From positions 1 to 52,900 of the forward strand of contig JAUCBJ010003269.1 in NCBI GenBank assembly GCA_032718475.1: a stretch of 52,900 bases of DNA, given 5' to 3'. Of the stretch, positions 1 through 12,500 are shown in pieces. Made by a program: the position numbers and the translations under genes. Positions within the stretch are counted from its first letter, which is position 1; the number at the start of each line of letters is the position of its first letter. The notes under the pieces were generated by a model. It was given only the letters and a program-made list of their open reading frames with translations. It made no database searches and was not told the DNA's origin. This DNA is from Nemertoderma westbladi. Lineage: Eukaryota; Animalia; Xenacoelomorpha.

Positions 1-695
1 GTCGCGTAGCCGCTGTCGTTGCTATAGTAACTGTAAGTGGAGCCGCAATCGGAGGATTGTTCGGTATCGCCGTAGCTGTCGAAACTCGATACGGACTGAG
101 TGTCGGTGGAGTCGGCCCCCGGGGGGTGGGTCGGGCAGGGGGCGGTGCCCATCGGAGGGTGGGCCGGGTGGGCGGCGCCCAGCGGTGTGGCAACCCCTTG
201 CGGCACGCCCTGGTGGTACGGGAGTTGGCACAGGATCTGGTAGGCCATTCCGTCTATAAGCGCGAGCGTGGAACTGCGCTCGTGTCCCATGAGACACACG
301 GTGCTCTGGTCCACGATGCTGTACAGCTTGAGGAGGTAGTCGTACTTGATGGCGTCCATGGTGACGAAGTGGTTGGCGAGATATGCCTCTAGTTTGCTCT
401 GCTGTTGGTCCAACTCGGGGAAATCGATAAAGAAGCGACTACACATGTACCTCTGTAGGGCGTTGAGTTTATCTGAGGCGGGTTGGTATCCCTGGACGAG
501 TAACGCGGTGTACTTGAGGAGGCCGCCCCCACGAATCTCCTCGGGTTTCCACGTGTCTATCAGCTTGTGGTCCAGGTGGTGCAGAGCGCGGTAGTAGTCG
601 CCGTAGACGCTCTCGGCAACAACCGTCGCGTAAAAGTGCCGGTTCGGTTTCACCGCTGAGATGCTATTAAACTGGAGAAACGAGTCCAGAACAAC
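1..695 (-). CDS. TENT5: TENT5/FAM46 terminal nucleotidyltransferase, last visible coding exon (continues beyond window start)
   Basis: Acceptor ctgcag| at 696-697, phase 0. Translation VVLDSFLQ...ATVVAESVYGDY...HLDHKLIDTWKPEEIRGGGLLKY...LQRYMCSRFFIDFPE...KLEAYLANHF...KYDYL...STVCLMGHER matches hallmark FAM46 motifs, then a Pro/Ser/Tyr-rich tail with no stop before base 1. Confidence 0.95.
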
Positions 696-1296
696 CTGCA
701 GAAACAGTATAGTAACGAGATTACATAAGTCGAACATTGGTTCTCACCACCCATAAGGCACTGTTTAGATCCCTGCTTTATAATTATAGGATATAAATAT
801 TATGTTAATCCCAGGAATAATGTTTCTTCGAGGTTATATGATAATATTATGTGTGGATTTAGCAGAGATTCCAAGACACACAGATAAACGCTAGTGACAG
901 TGACTGCTTCAATAACTGCTGCAGCTAGCGCAGCTACCATTAGCACTTTGCAGCTGTTGTGCTGCTATACCCAGCGTTACACCATTACAATAACCCTATC
1001 TGACTTGCAAAACGCAATCGATTTTCCAATTACTCGACTATTAATAGGTTAGAAAGGCGCGGCTGCTTGTATAAATAATGACATACAGCCAATTTATTAT
1101 TATAAAAAATGTTCCAAAAAATGCAACGCGGTTTTTGTGATATTGGAATAGCTCTTCAATGGTGGACGGGACGTAATTGGACACTTCCGGTGTGACATGA
1201 TAGACAAAACGCAGTTAAAACTATATATTTAATCTATCTAACGGCGTTAACGTGGAAATACAATGTTACTTAAATATAGAAACCACTAGCAAAAAG

Positions 1297-4200
1297 AATG
1301 AACTGCGGAACCCCAACTCATTGTTACCAATAATGAACCGCGGAACCCCAACTCATTGTTACCAATAATGAACTGCGGAACCCCAACTCATTGTTACCAA
1401 TAATGAACTGCGGAACCCCAACTCATTGTTACCAATAAGCAATAATGAACTGCGGAACCCCAACTCATTGTTACCAATAATGAACCGCGGAACCCCAACT
1501 CATTGTTACCAATAATGAACCGCGGAACCCCAACTCATTGTTACCAATAATGAACCGCGGAACCCCAACTCATTGTTACCAATAATGAACTGCGGAACCC
1601 CAACTCATTGTTACCAATAATGAACTGCGGAACCCCAACTCATTGTTACCAATAATGAACTGCGGAACCCCAACTCATTGTTACCAATAATGAACTGCGG
1701 AACCCCAACTCATTGTTACCAATAATGAACCGCGGAACCCCAACTCATTGTTACCAATAAGCAATAATGAACTGCGGAACCCCAACTCATTGTTACCAAT
1801 AATGAACTGCGGAACCCCAACTCATTGTTACCAATAATGAACCGCGGAACCCCAACTCATTGTTACCAATAAGCAATAATGAACTGCGGAACCCCAACTC
1901 ATTGTTACCAATAATGAACTGCGGAACCCCAACTCATTGTTACCAATAATGAACCGCGGAACCCCAACTCATTGTTACCAATAATGAACCGCGGAACCCC
2001 AACTCATTGTTACCAATAATGAACTGCGGAACCCCAACTCATTGTTACCAATAATGAACCGCGGAACCCCAACTCATTGTTACCAATAATGAACCGCGGA
2101 ACCCCAACTCATTGTTACCAATAATGAACCGCGGAACCCCAACTCATTGTTACCAATAATGAACCGCGGAACCCCAACTCATTGTTACCAATAATGAACT
2201 GCGGAACCCCAACTCATTGTTACCAATAATGAACCGCGGAACCCCAACTCATTGTTACCAATAATGAACCGCGGAACCCCAACTCATTGTTACCAATAAG
2301 CAATAATGAACCGCGGAACCCCAACTCATTGTTACCAATAATGAACTGCGGAACCCCAACTCATTGTTACCAATAATGAACCGCGGAACCCCAACTCATT
2401 GTTACCAATAATGAACTGCGGAACCCCAACTCATTGTTACCAATAATGAACCGCGGAACCCCAACTCATTGTTACCAATAATGAACTGCGGAACCCCAAC
2501 TCATTGTTACCAATAATGAACCGCGGAACCCCAACTCATTGTTACCAATAAGCAATAATGAACTGCGGAACCCCAACTCATTGTTACCAATAATGAACTG
2601 CGGAACCCCAACTCATTGTTACCAATAATGAACCGCGGAACCCCAACTCATTGTTACCAATAATGAACCGCGGAACCCCAACTCATTGTTACCAATAATG
2701 AACTGCGGAACCCCAACTCATTGTTACCAATAATGAACCGCGGAACCCCAACTCATTGTTACCAATAATGAACCGCGGAACCCCAACTCATTGTTACCAA
2801 TAATGAACCGCGGAACCCCAACTCATTGTTACCAATAATGAACCGCGGAACCCCAACTCATTGTTACCAATAATGAACTGCGGAACCCCAACTCATTGTT
2901 ACCAATAATGAACCGCGGAACCCCAGCTCATTGTTACCAATAATGAACTGCGGAACCCCAACTCATTGTTACCAATAATGAACCGCGGAACCCCAACTCA
3001 TTGTTACCAATAATGAACCGCGGAACCCCAACTCATTGTTACCAATAATGAACTGCGGAACCCCAACTCATTGTTACCAATAATGAACTGCGGAACCCCA
3101 ACTCATTGTTACCAATAATGAACCGCGGAACCCCAACTCATTGTTACCAATAATGAACTGCGGAACCCCAACTCATTGTTACCAATAATGAACCGCGGAA
3201 CCCCAACTCATTGTTACCAATAATGAACTGCGGAACCCCAACTCATTGTTACCAATAATGAACCGCGGAACCCCAACTCATTGTTACCAATAATGAACCG
3301 CGGAACCCCAACTCATTGTTACCAATAATGAACTGCGGAACCCCAACTCATTGTTACCAATAATGAACCGCGGAACCCCAACTCATTGTTACCAATAATG
3401 AACTGCGGAACCCCAACTCATTGTTACCAATAATGAACCGCGGAACCCCAACTCATTGTTACCAATAATGAACTGCGGAACCCCAACTCATTGTTACCAA
3501 TAATGAACTGCGGAACCCCAACTCATTGTTACCAATAATGAACCGCGGAACCCCAACTCATTGTTACCAATAATGAACTGCGGAACCCCAACTCATTGTT
3601 ACCAATAATGAACCGCGGAACCCCAACTCATTGTTACCAATAATGAACTGCGGAACCCCAACTCATTGTTACCAATAATGAACTGCGGAACCCCAACTCA
3701 TTGTTACCAATAATGAACCGCGGAACCCCAACTCATTGTTACCAATAATGAACTGCGGAACCCCAACTCATTGTTACCAATAATGAACCGCGGAACCCCA
3801 ACTCATTGTTACCAATAATGAACCGCGGAACCCCAACTCATTGTTACCAATAATGAACTGCGGAACCCCAACTCATTGTTACCAATAATGAACCGCGGAA
3901 CCCCAACTCATTGTTACCAATAATGAACTGCGGAACCCCAACTCATTGTTACCAATAATGAACTGCGGAACCCCAACTCATTGTTACCAATAATGAACCG
4001 CGGAACCCCAACTCATTGTTACCAATAATGAACTGCGGAACCCCAACTCATTGTTACCAATAATGAACCGCGGAACCCCAACTCATTGTTACCAATAATG
4101 AACCGCGGAACCCCAACTCATTGTTACCAATAATGAACTGCGGAACCCCAACTCATTGTTACCAATAATGAACCGCGGAACCCCAACTCATTGTTACCAA

Positions 4201-7200
4201 TAATGAACTGCGGAACCCCAACTCATTGTTACCAATAATGAACCGCGGAACCCCAACTCATTGTTACCAATAATGAACCGCGGAACCCCAACTCATTGTT
4301 ACCAATAATGAACTGCGGAACCCCAACTCATTGTTACCAATAATGAACTGCGGAACCCCAACTCATTGTTACCAATAATGAACCGCGGAACCCCAACTCA
4401 TTGTTACCAATAATGAACCGCGGAACCCCAACTCATTGTTACCAATAATGAACTGCGGAACCCCAACTCATTGTTACCAATAATGAACCGCGGAACCCCA
4501 ACTCATTGTTACCAATAATGAACTGCGGAACCCCAACTCATTGTTACCAATAATGAACCGCGGAACCCCAACTCATTGTTACCAATAATGAACTGCGGAA
4601 CCCCAACTCATTGTTACCAATAATGAACTGCGGAACCCCAACTCATTGTTACCAATAATGAACTGCGGAACCCCAACTCATTGTTACCAATAATGAACCG
4701 CGGAACCCCAACTCATTGTTACCAATAATGAACCGCGGAACCCCAACTCATTGTTACCAATAATGAACCGCGGAACCCCAACTCATTGTTACCAATAATG
4801 AACTGCGGAACCCCAACTCATTGTTACCAATAATGAACTGCGGAACCCCAACTCATTGTTACCAATAATGAACCGCGGAACCCCAACTCATTGTTACCAA
4901 TAATGAACTGCGGAACCCCAACTCATTGTTACCAATAATGAACTGCGGAACCCCAACTCATTGTTACCAATAATGAACCGCGGAACCCCAACTCATTGTT
5001 ACCAATAATGAACCGCGGAACCCCAACTCATTGTTACCAATAATGAACTGCGGAACCCCAACTCATTGTTACCAATAATGAACTGCGGAACCCCAACTCA
5101 TTGTTACCAATAATGAACCGCGGAACCCCAACTCATTGTTACCAATAATGAACTGCGGAACCCCAACTCATTGTTACCAATAATGAACCGCGGAACCCCA
5201 ACTCATTGTTACCAATAATGAACTGCGGAACCCCAACTCATTGTTACCAATAATGAACTGCGGAACCCCAACTCATTGTTACCAATAATGAACTGCGGAA
5301 CCCCAACTCATTGTTACCAATAATGAACCGCGGAACCCCAACTCATTGTTACCAATAATGAACTGCGGAACCCCAACTCATTGTTACCAATAATGAACCG
5401 CGGAACCCCAACTCATTGTTACCAATAATGAACCGCGGAACCCCAACTCATTGTTACCAATAATGAACTGCGGAACCCCAACTCATTGTTACCAATAATG
5501 AACCGCGGAACCCCAACTCATTGTTACCAATAATGAACTGCGGAACCCCAACTCATTGTTACCAATAATGAACCGCGGAACCCCAACTCATTGTTACCAA
5601 TAATGAACCGCGGAACCCCAACTCATTGTTACCAATAATGAACTGCGGAACCCCAACTCATTGTTACCAATAATGAACTGCGGAACCCCAACTCATTGTT
5701 ACCAATAATGAACTGCGGAACCCCAACTCATTGTTACCAATAATGAACCGCGGAACCCCAACTCATTGTTACCAATAATGAACTGCGGAACCCCAACTCA
5801 TTGTTACCAATAATGAACTGCGGAACCCCAACTCATTGTTACCAATAATGAACCGCGGAACCCCAACTCATTGTTACCAATAATGAACTGCGGAACCCCA
5901 ACTCATTGTTACCAATAATGAACCGCGGAACCCCAACTCATTGTTACCAATAATGAACTGCGGAACCCCAACTCATTGTTACCAATAATGAACTGCGGAA
6001 CCCCAACTCATTGTTACCAATAATGAACCGCGGAACCCCAACTCATTGTTACCAATAATGAACTGCGGAACCCCAACTCATTGTTACCAATAATGAACTG
6101 CGGAACCCCAACTCATTGTTACCAATAATGAACCGCGGAACCCCAACTCATTGTTACCAATAATGAACTGCGGAACCCCAACTCATTGTTACCAATAATG
6201 AACCGCGGAACCCCAACTCATTGTTACCAATAATGAACCGCGGAACCCCAACTCATTGTTACCAATAATGAACTGCGGAACCCCAACTCATTGTTACCAA
6301 TAATGAACCGCGGAACCCCAACTCATTGTTACCAATAATGAACTGCGGAACCCCAACTCATTGTTACCAATAATGAACCGCGGAACCCCAACTCATTGTT
6401 ACCAATAATGAACTGCGGAACCCCAACTCATTGTTACCAATAATGAACCGCGGAACCCCAACTCATTGTTACCAATAATGAACTGCGGAACCCCAACTCA
6501 TTGTTACCAATAATGAACCGCGGAACCCCAACTCATTGTTACCAATAATGAACTGCGGAACCCCAACTCATTGTTACCAATAATGAACTGCGGAACCCCA
6601 ACTCATTGTTACCAATAATGAACCGCGGAACCCCAACTCATTGTTACCAATAATGAACTGCGGAACCCCAACTCATTGTTACCAATAATGAACTGCGGAA
6701 CCCCAACTCATTGTTACCAATAATGAACCGCGGAACCCCAACTCATTGTTACCAATAATGAACTGCGGAACCCCAACTCATTGTTACCAATAATGAACCG
6801 CGGAACCCCAACTCATTGTTACCAATAATGAACTGCGGAACCCCAACTCATTGTTACCAATAATGAACTGCGGAACCCCAACTCATTGTTACCAATAATG
6901 AACTGCGGAACCCCAACTCATTGTTACCAATAATGAACCGCGGAACCCCAACTCATTGTTACCAATAATGAACTGCGGAACCCCAACTCATTGTTACCAA
7001 TAATGAACCGCGGAACCCCAACTCATTGTTACCAATAATGAACCGCGGAACCCCAACTCATTGTTACCAATAATGAACTGCGGAACCCCAACTCATTGTT
7101 ACCAATAATGAACCGCGGAACCCCAACTCATTGTTACCAATAATGAACTGCGGAACCCCAACTCATTGTTACCAATAATGAACCGCGGAACCCCAACTCA

Positions 7201-9215
7201 TTGTTACCAATAATGAACCGCGGAACCCCAACTCATTGTTACCAATAATGAACTGCGGAACCCCAACTCATTGTTACCAATAATGAACTGCGGAACCCCA
7301 ACTCATTGTTACCAATAATGAACTGCGGAACCCCAACTCATTGTTACCAATAATGAACCGCGGAACCCCAACTCATTGTTACCAATAATGAACTGCGGAA
7401 CCCCAACTCATTGTTACCAATAATGAACTGCGGAACCCCAACTCATTGTTACCAATAATGAACCGCGGAACCCCAACTCATTGTTACCAATAATGAACTG
7501 CGGAACCCCAACTCATTGTTACCAATAATGAACCGCGGAACCCCAACTCATTGTTACCAATAATGAACCGCGGAACCCCAACTCATTGTTACCAATAATG
7601 AACCGCGGAACCCCAACTCATTGTTACCAATAATGAACCGCGGAACCCCAACTCATTGTTACCAATAATGAACTGCGGAACCCCAACTCATTGTTACCAA
7701 TAATGAACTGCGGAACCCCAACTCATTGTTACCAATAATGAACTGCGGAACCCCAACTCATTGTTACCAATAATGAACCGCGGAACCCCAACTCATTGTT
7801 ACCAATAATGAACTGCGGAACCCCAACTCATTGTTACCAATAATGAACTGCGGAACCCCAACTCATTGTTACCAATAATGAACTGCGGAACCCCAACTCA
7901 TTGTTACCAATAATGAACTGCGGAACCCCAACTCATTGTTACCAATAATGAACCGCGGAACCCCAACTCATTGTTACCAATAATGAACCGCGGAACCCCA
8001 ACTCATTGTTACCAATAATGAACTGCGGAACCCCAACTCATTGTTACCAATAATGAACCGCGGAACCCCAACTCATTGTTACCAATAATGAACTGCGGAA
8101 CCCCAACTCATTGTTACCAATAATGAACTGCGGAACCCCAACTCATTGTTACCAATAATGAACTGCGGAACCCCAACTCATTGTTACCAATAATGAACTG
8201 CGGAACCCCAACTCATTGTTACCAATAATGAACCGCGGAACCCCAACTCATTGTTACCAATAATGAACTGCGGAACCCCAACTCATTGTTACCAATAATG
8301 AACCGCGGAACCCCAACTCATTGTTACCAATAATGAACCGCGGAACCCCAACTCATTGTTACCAATAATGAACTGCGGAACCCCAACTCATTGTTACCAA
8401 TAATGAACCGCGGAACCCCAACTCATTGTTACCAATAATGAACTGCGGAACCCCAACTCATTGTTACCAATAATGAACCGCGGAACCCCAACTCATTGTT
8501 ACCAATAATGAACCGCGGAACCCCAACTCATTGTTACCAATAATGAACTGCGGAACCCCAACTCATTGTTACCAATAATGAACCGCGGAACCCCAACTCA
8601 TTGTTACCAATAATGAACTGCGGAACCCCAACTCATTGTTACCAATAATGAACCGCGGAACCCCAACTCATTGTTACCAATAAGCAATAATGAACTGCGG
8701 AACCCCAACTCATTGTTACCAATAATGAACTGCGGAACCCCAACTCATTGTTACCAATAATGAACCGCGGAACCCCAACTCATTGTTACCAATAAGCAAT
8801 AATGAACTGCGGAACCCCAACTCATTGTTACCAATAATGAACTGCGGAACCCCAACTCATTGTTACCAATAATGAACCGCGGAACCCCAACTCATTGTTA
8901 CCAATAATGAACCGCGGAACCCCAACTCATTGTTACCAATAATGAACTGCGGAACCCCAACTCATTGTTACCAATAATGAACCGCGGAACCCCAACTCAT
9001 TGTTACCAATAATGAACCGCGGAACCCCAACTCATTGTTACCAATAATGAACCGCGGAACCCCAACTCATTGTTACCAATAATGAACCGCGGAACCCCAA
9101 CTCATTGTTACCAATAATGAACTGCGGAACCCCAACTCATTGTTACCAATAATGAACCGCGGAACCCCAACTCATTGTTACCAATAATGAACTGCGGAAC
9201 CCCAACTCATTGTTA
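1297..9215. repeat. Intronic 35-bp satellite, about 226 units, AATGAAC[C/T]GCGGAACCCCAACTCATTGTTACCAAT
   Basis: Visible 35-bp period with one binary variable site. Seven units near the array ends carry a 7-bp insertion (AAGCAAT). Confidence 0.99.
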
Positions 9216-9221
9216 TCTTAC

Positions 9222-9470
9222 CTGAAATGAGTCAACAGAGAATTCAAACTGGCGTTTCATCGTGTCCAAGAACTTAATCTCGATATTCCTGCCGTTGTGA
9301 TTGGTTAGACTAATCAGACTCCAATGGTCGGAACCCTCCCTCTTATCCTCTACCTTGACCATCTTCCTGACGTAGGCTTCCCGCATTGAGCAGGTGTTTA
9401 GCATTCGGGCGTGGCGCGCGTAATTACTGGGGACGAACTCGGTAAGGGCCTCAAACACGGCGTCCTTAGC
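9222..9470 (-). CDS. TENT5: TENT5/FAM46 coding exon (83 codons)
   Basis: tttcttccag|GCTAAG...TTTCAG|gtaaga, phase 0/0. Encodes EAYVRKMVKV...DHWSLISLTNHNGRNIEIKFLDTMKRQFEFSVDSFQ, a conserved FAM46 block with the third catalytic acidic residue. Confidence 0.95.
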
Positions 9471-9597
9471 CTGGAAGAAACACACAATGTATTGTTACTA
9501 TGGCTATACTAGATGGGGTGCAATTAATACCGATAGCACTTTTAGATACCGCATGTAATTATTCAAACGGGCCTCGAAAAATGGTACCGGCATTGTA

Positions 9598-12500
9598 CAT
9601 GGCATATTGGGATGGCACCGACCAATCACATGGCATATTGGGCTGGCACCGACCAATCACATGGTATATTGGGATGACACCGACCAATCACATGGCATAT
9701 TGGGATGACACCGGCCAATCACATGGCATATTGGGATGGCACCGGCCAATCACATGGCATATTGGGATGGCACCGGCCAATCACATGGCATATTGGGATG
9801 GCACCGGCCAATCACATGGCATATTGGGATGGCACCGGCCAATCACATGGCATATTAGGATGGCACCGGCCAATCACATGGCATATTGGGATGGCACCGG
9901 CCAATCACGTGGTATATTGGGATGGTACCGGCCAATCACATGGTATATTGGGATGGCACCGACCAATCACATGGCATATTGGGATGGCACCGGCCAATCA
10001 CATTATGGCATATTGGGATGGCATCGGCCAATCACGTGGTATATTGGGATGGTACCGGCCAATCACATTATGGCATATTGGGATGGCACCGGCCAATCAC
10101 ATTATGGCATATTGGGATGGCATCGGCCAATCAGTGGTATATTGGGATGGTACCGGCCAATCACATTATGGCATATTGGGATGGCACCGGTCAATCATAT
10201 TATGGCATATTGGGATGGCATCGGCCAATCACGTGGTATATTGGGATGGTACCGGCCAATCACATTATGGCATATTGGGATGGCACCGGCCAATCACATT
10301 ATGGCATATTGGGATGGCACCGGCCAATCACATTATGGCATATTGGGATGGCATCGGCCAATCACGTGGTATATTGGGATGGTACCGGCCAATCACATTA
10401 TGGCATATTGGGATGGCACCGGCCAATCACAATATGGCATATTGGGATGGCACCGCCCAATCACATGGCATATTGGGATGGCACCGACCAATCACATGGC
10501 ATATTGGGATGGCACCGGCCAATCACATTATGGCATATTGGGATGGCACCGACCAATCACATGGCATATTGGGCTGGCACCGACCAATCACATTATGGCA
10601 TATTGGGATGGCACCGGCCAATCACATTATGGCCTATTGGGATGGCACCGACCAATCACATGGCATATTGGGATGGTACCGACCAATCACATGGCATATT
10701 GGGATGGCACCGGCCAATCACATGGTATATTGGTATGGCACCGGCCAATCACATTATGGCATATTGGGATGGCACCGGCCAATCACATTATGGCATATTG
10801 GGATGGCACCGCCCAATCACATGGCATATTGGGATGGCACCGGCCAATCACGTGGTATATTGGGATGGTACCGGCCAATCACATGGTATATTGGGATGGC
10901 ACCGGCCAATCACATGGCATATTGTGGGATGGCACCGGCCAATCACGTGGTATATTGGGATGGTACCGGCCAATCGCATGGTATATTGGGATGGCACCGA
11001 CCAATCCCATGGCATATTGGGATGGCACCGGCCAATCACATTATGGCATATTGGGATGGCATCGGCCAATCACGTGGTATATTGGGATGGTACCGGCCAA
11101 TCACATTATGGCATATTGGGATGGCACCGGCCAATCACATTATGGCATATTGGGATGGCATCGGCCAATCAGTGGTATATTGGGATGGTACCGGCCAATC
11201 ACATTATGGCATATTGGGATGGCACCGGTCAATCATATTATGGCATATTGGGATGGCATCGGCCAATCACGTGGTATATTGGGATGGTACCGGCCAATCA
11301 CATTATGGCATATTGGGATGGCACCGGCCAATCACATTATGGCATATTGGGATGGCACCGGCCAATCACATTATGGCATATTGGGATGGCATCGGCCAAT
11401 CACGTGGTATATTGGGATGGTACCGGCCATTCACATTATGGCATATTGGGATGGCACCGGCCAATCACATTATGGCATATTGGGATGGCACCGCCCAATC
11501 ACATGGCATATTGGGATGGCACCGACCAATCACATGGCATATTGGGATGGCACCGGCCAATCACATTATGGCATATTGGGATGGCACCGACCAATCACAT
11601 GGCATATTGGGCTGGCACCGACCAATCACATTATGGCATATTGGGATGGCACCGGCCAATCACATTATGGCCTATTGGGATGGCACCGACCAATCACATG
11701 GCATATTGGGATGGTACCGACCAATCACATGGCATATTGGGATGGCACCGGCCAATCACATGGTATATTGGTATGGCACCGGCCAATCACATTATGGCAT
11801 ATTGGGATGGCACCGGCCAATCACATTATGGCATATTGGGATGGCACCGCCCAATCACATGGCATATTGGGATGGCACCGGCCAATCACGTGGTATATTG
11901 GGATGGTACCGGCCAATCACATGGTATATTGGGATGGCACCGGCCAATCACATGGCATATTGTGGGATGGCACCGGCCAATCACGTGGTATATTGGGATG
12001 GTACCGGCCAATCGCATGGTATATTGGGATGGCACCGACCAATCCCATGGCATATTGGGATGGCACCGGCCAATCACATTATGGCATATTGGGATGGCAC
12101 CGACCAATCACATTATGGCATATTGGGATGGCATCGGCCAATCACGTGGTATATTGGGATGGTACCGGCCAATCATATTATGGCATATTGGGATGGCACC
12201 GGCCAATCACATTATGGCATATTGGGATGGCATCGGCCAATCACGTGGTATATTGGGATGGTACCGGCCAATCACATTATGGCATATTGGGATGGCACCG
12301 GCCAATCACATTATGGCATAATGGGATGGCACCGGCCAATCACATGGCATATTGGGATGGCACCGCCCAATCACATGGCATATTGGGATGGCACCGACCA
12401 ATCACATGGAATATTAGGATGGCACCGGCCAATCACATTATGGCATATTGGGATGGCACCGACCAATCACATGGCATATTGGGCTGGCACCGACCAATCA

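Noticed and set aside
22-594. ORFs 22-297(-), 57-392(+) and 346-594(+)
   Set aside because: Shadow frames of the GC-rich TENT5 exon.
1297-9215. CRISPR array (35-bp hairpin-forming repeats)
   Set aside because: Units are head-to-tail with no unique spacers, there are no cas genes, and the context is a eukaryotic intron.
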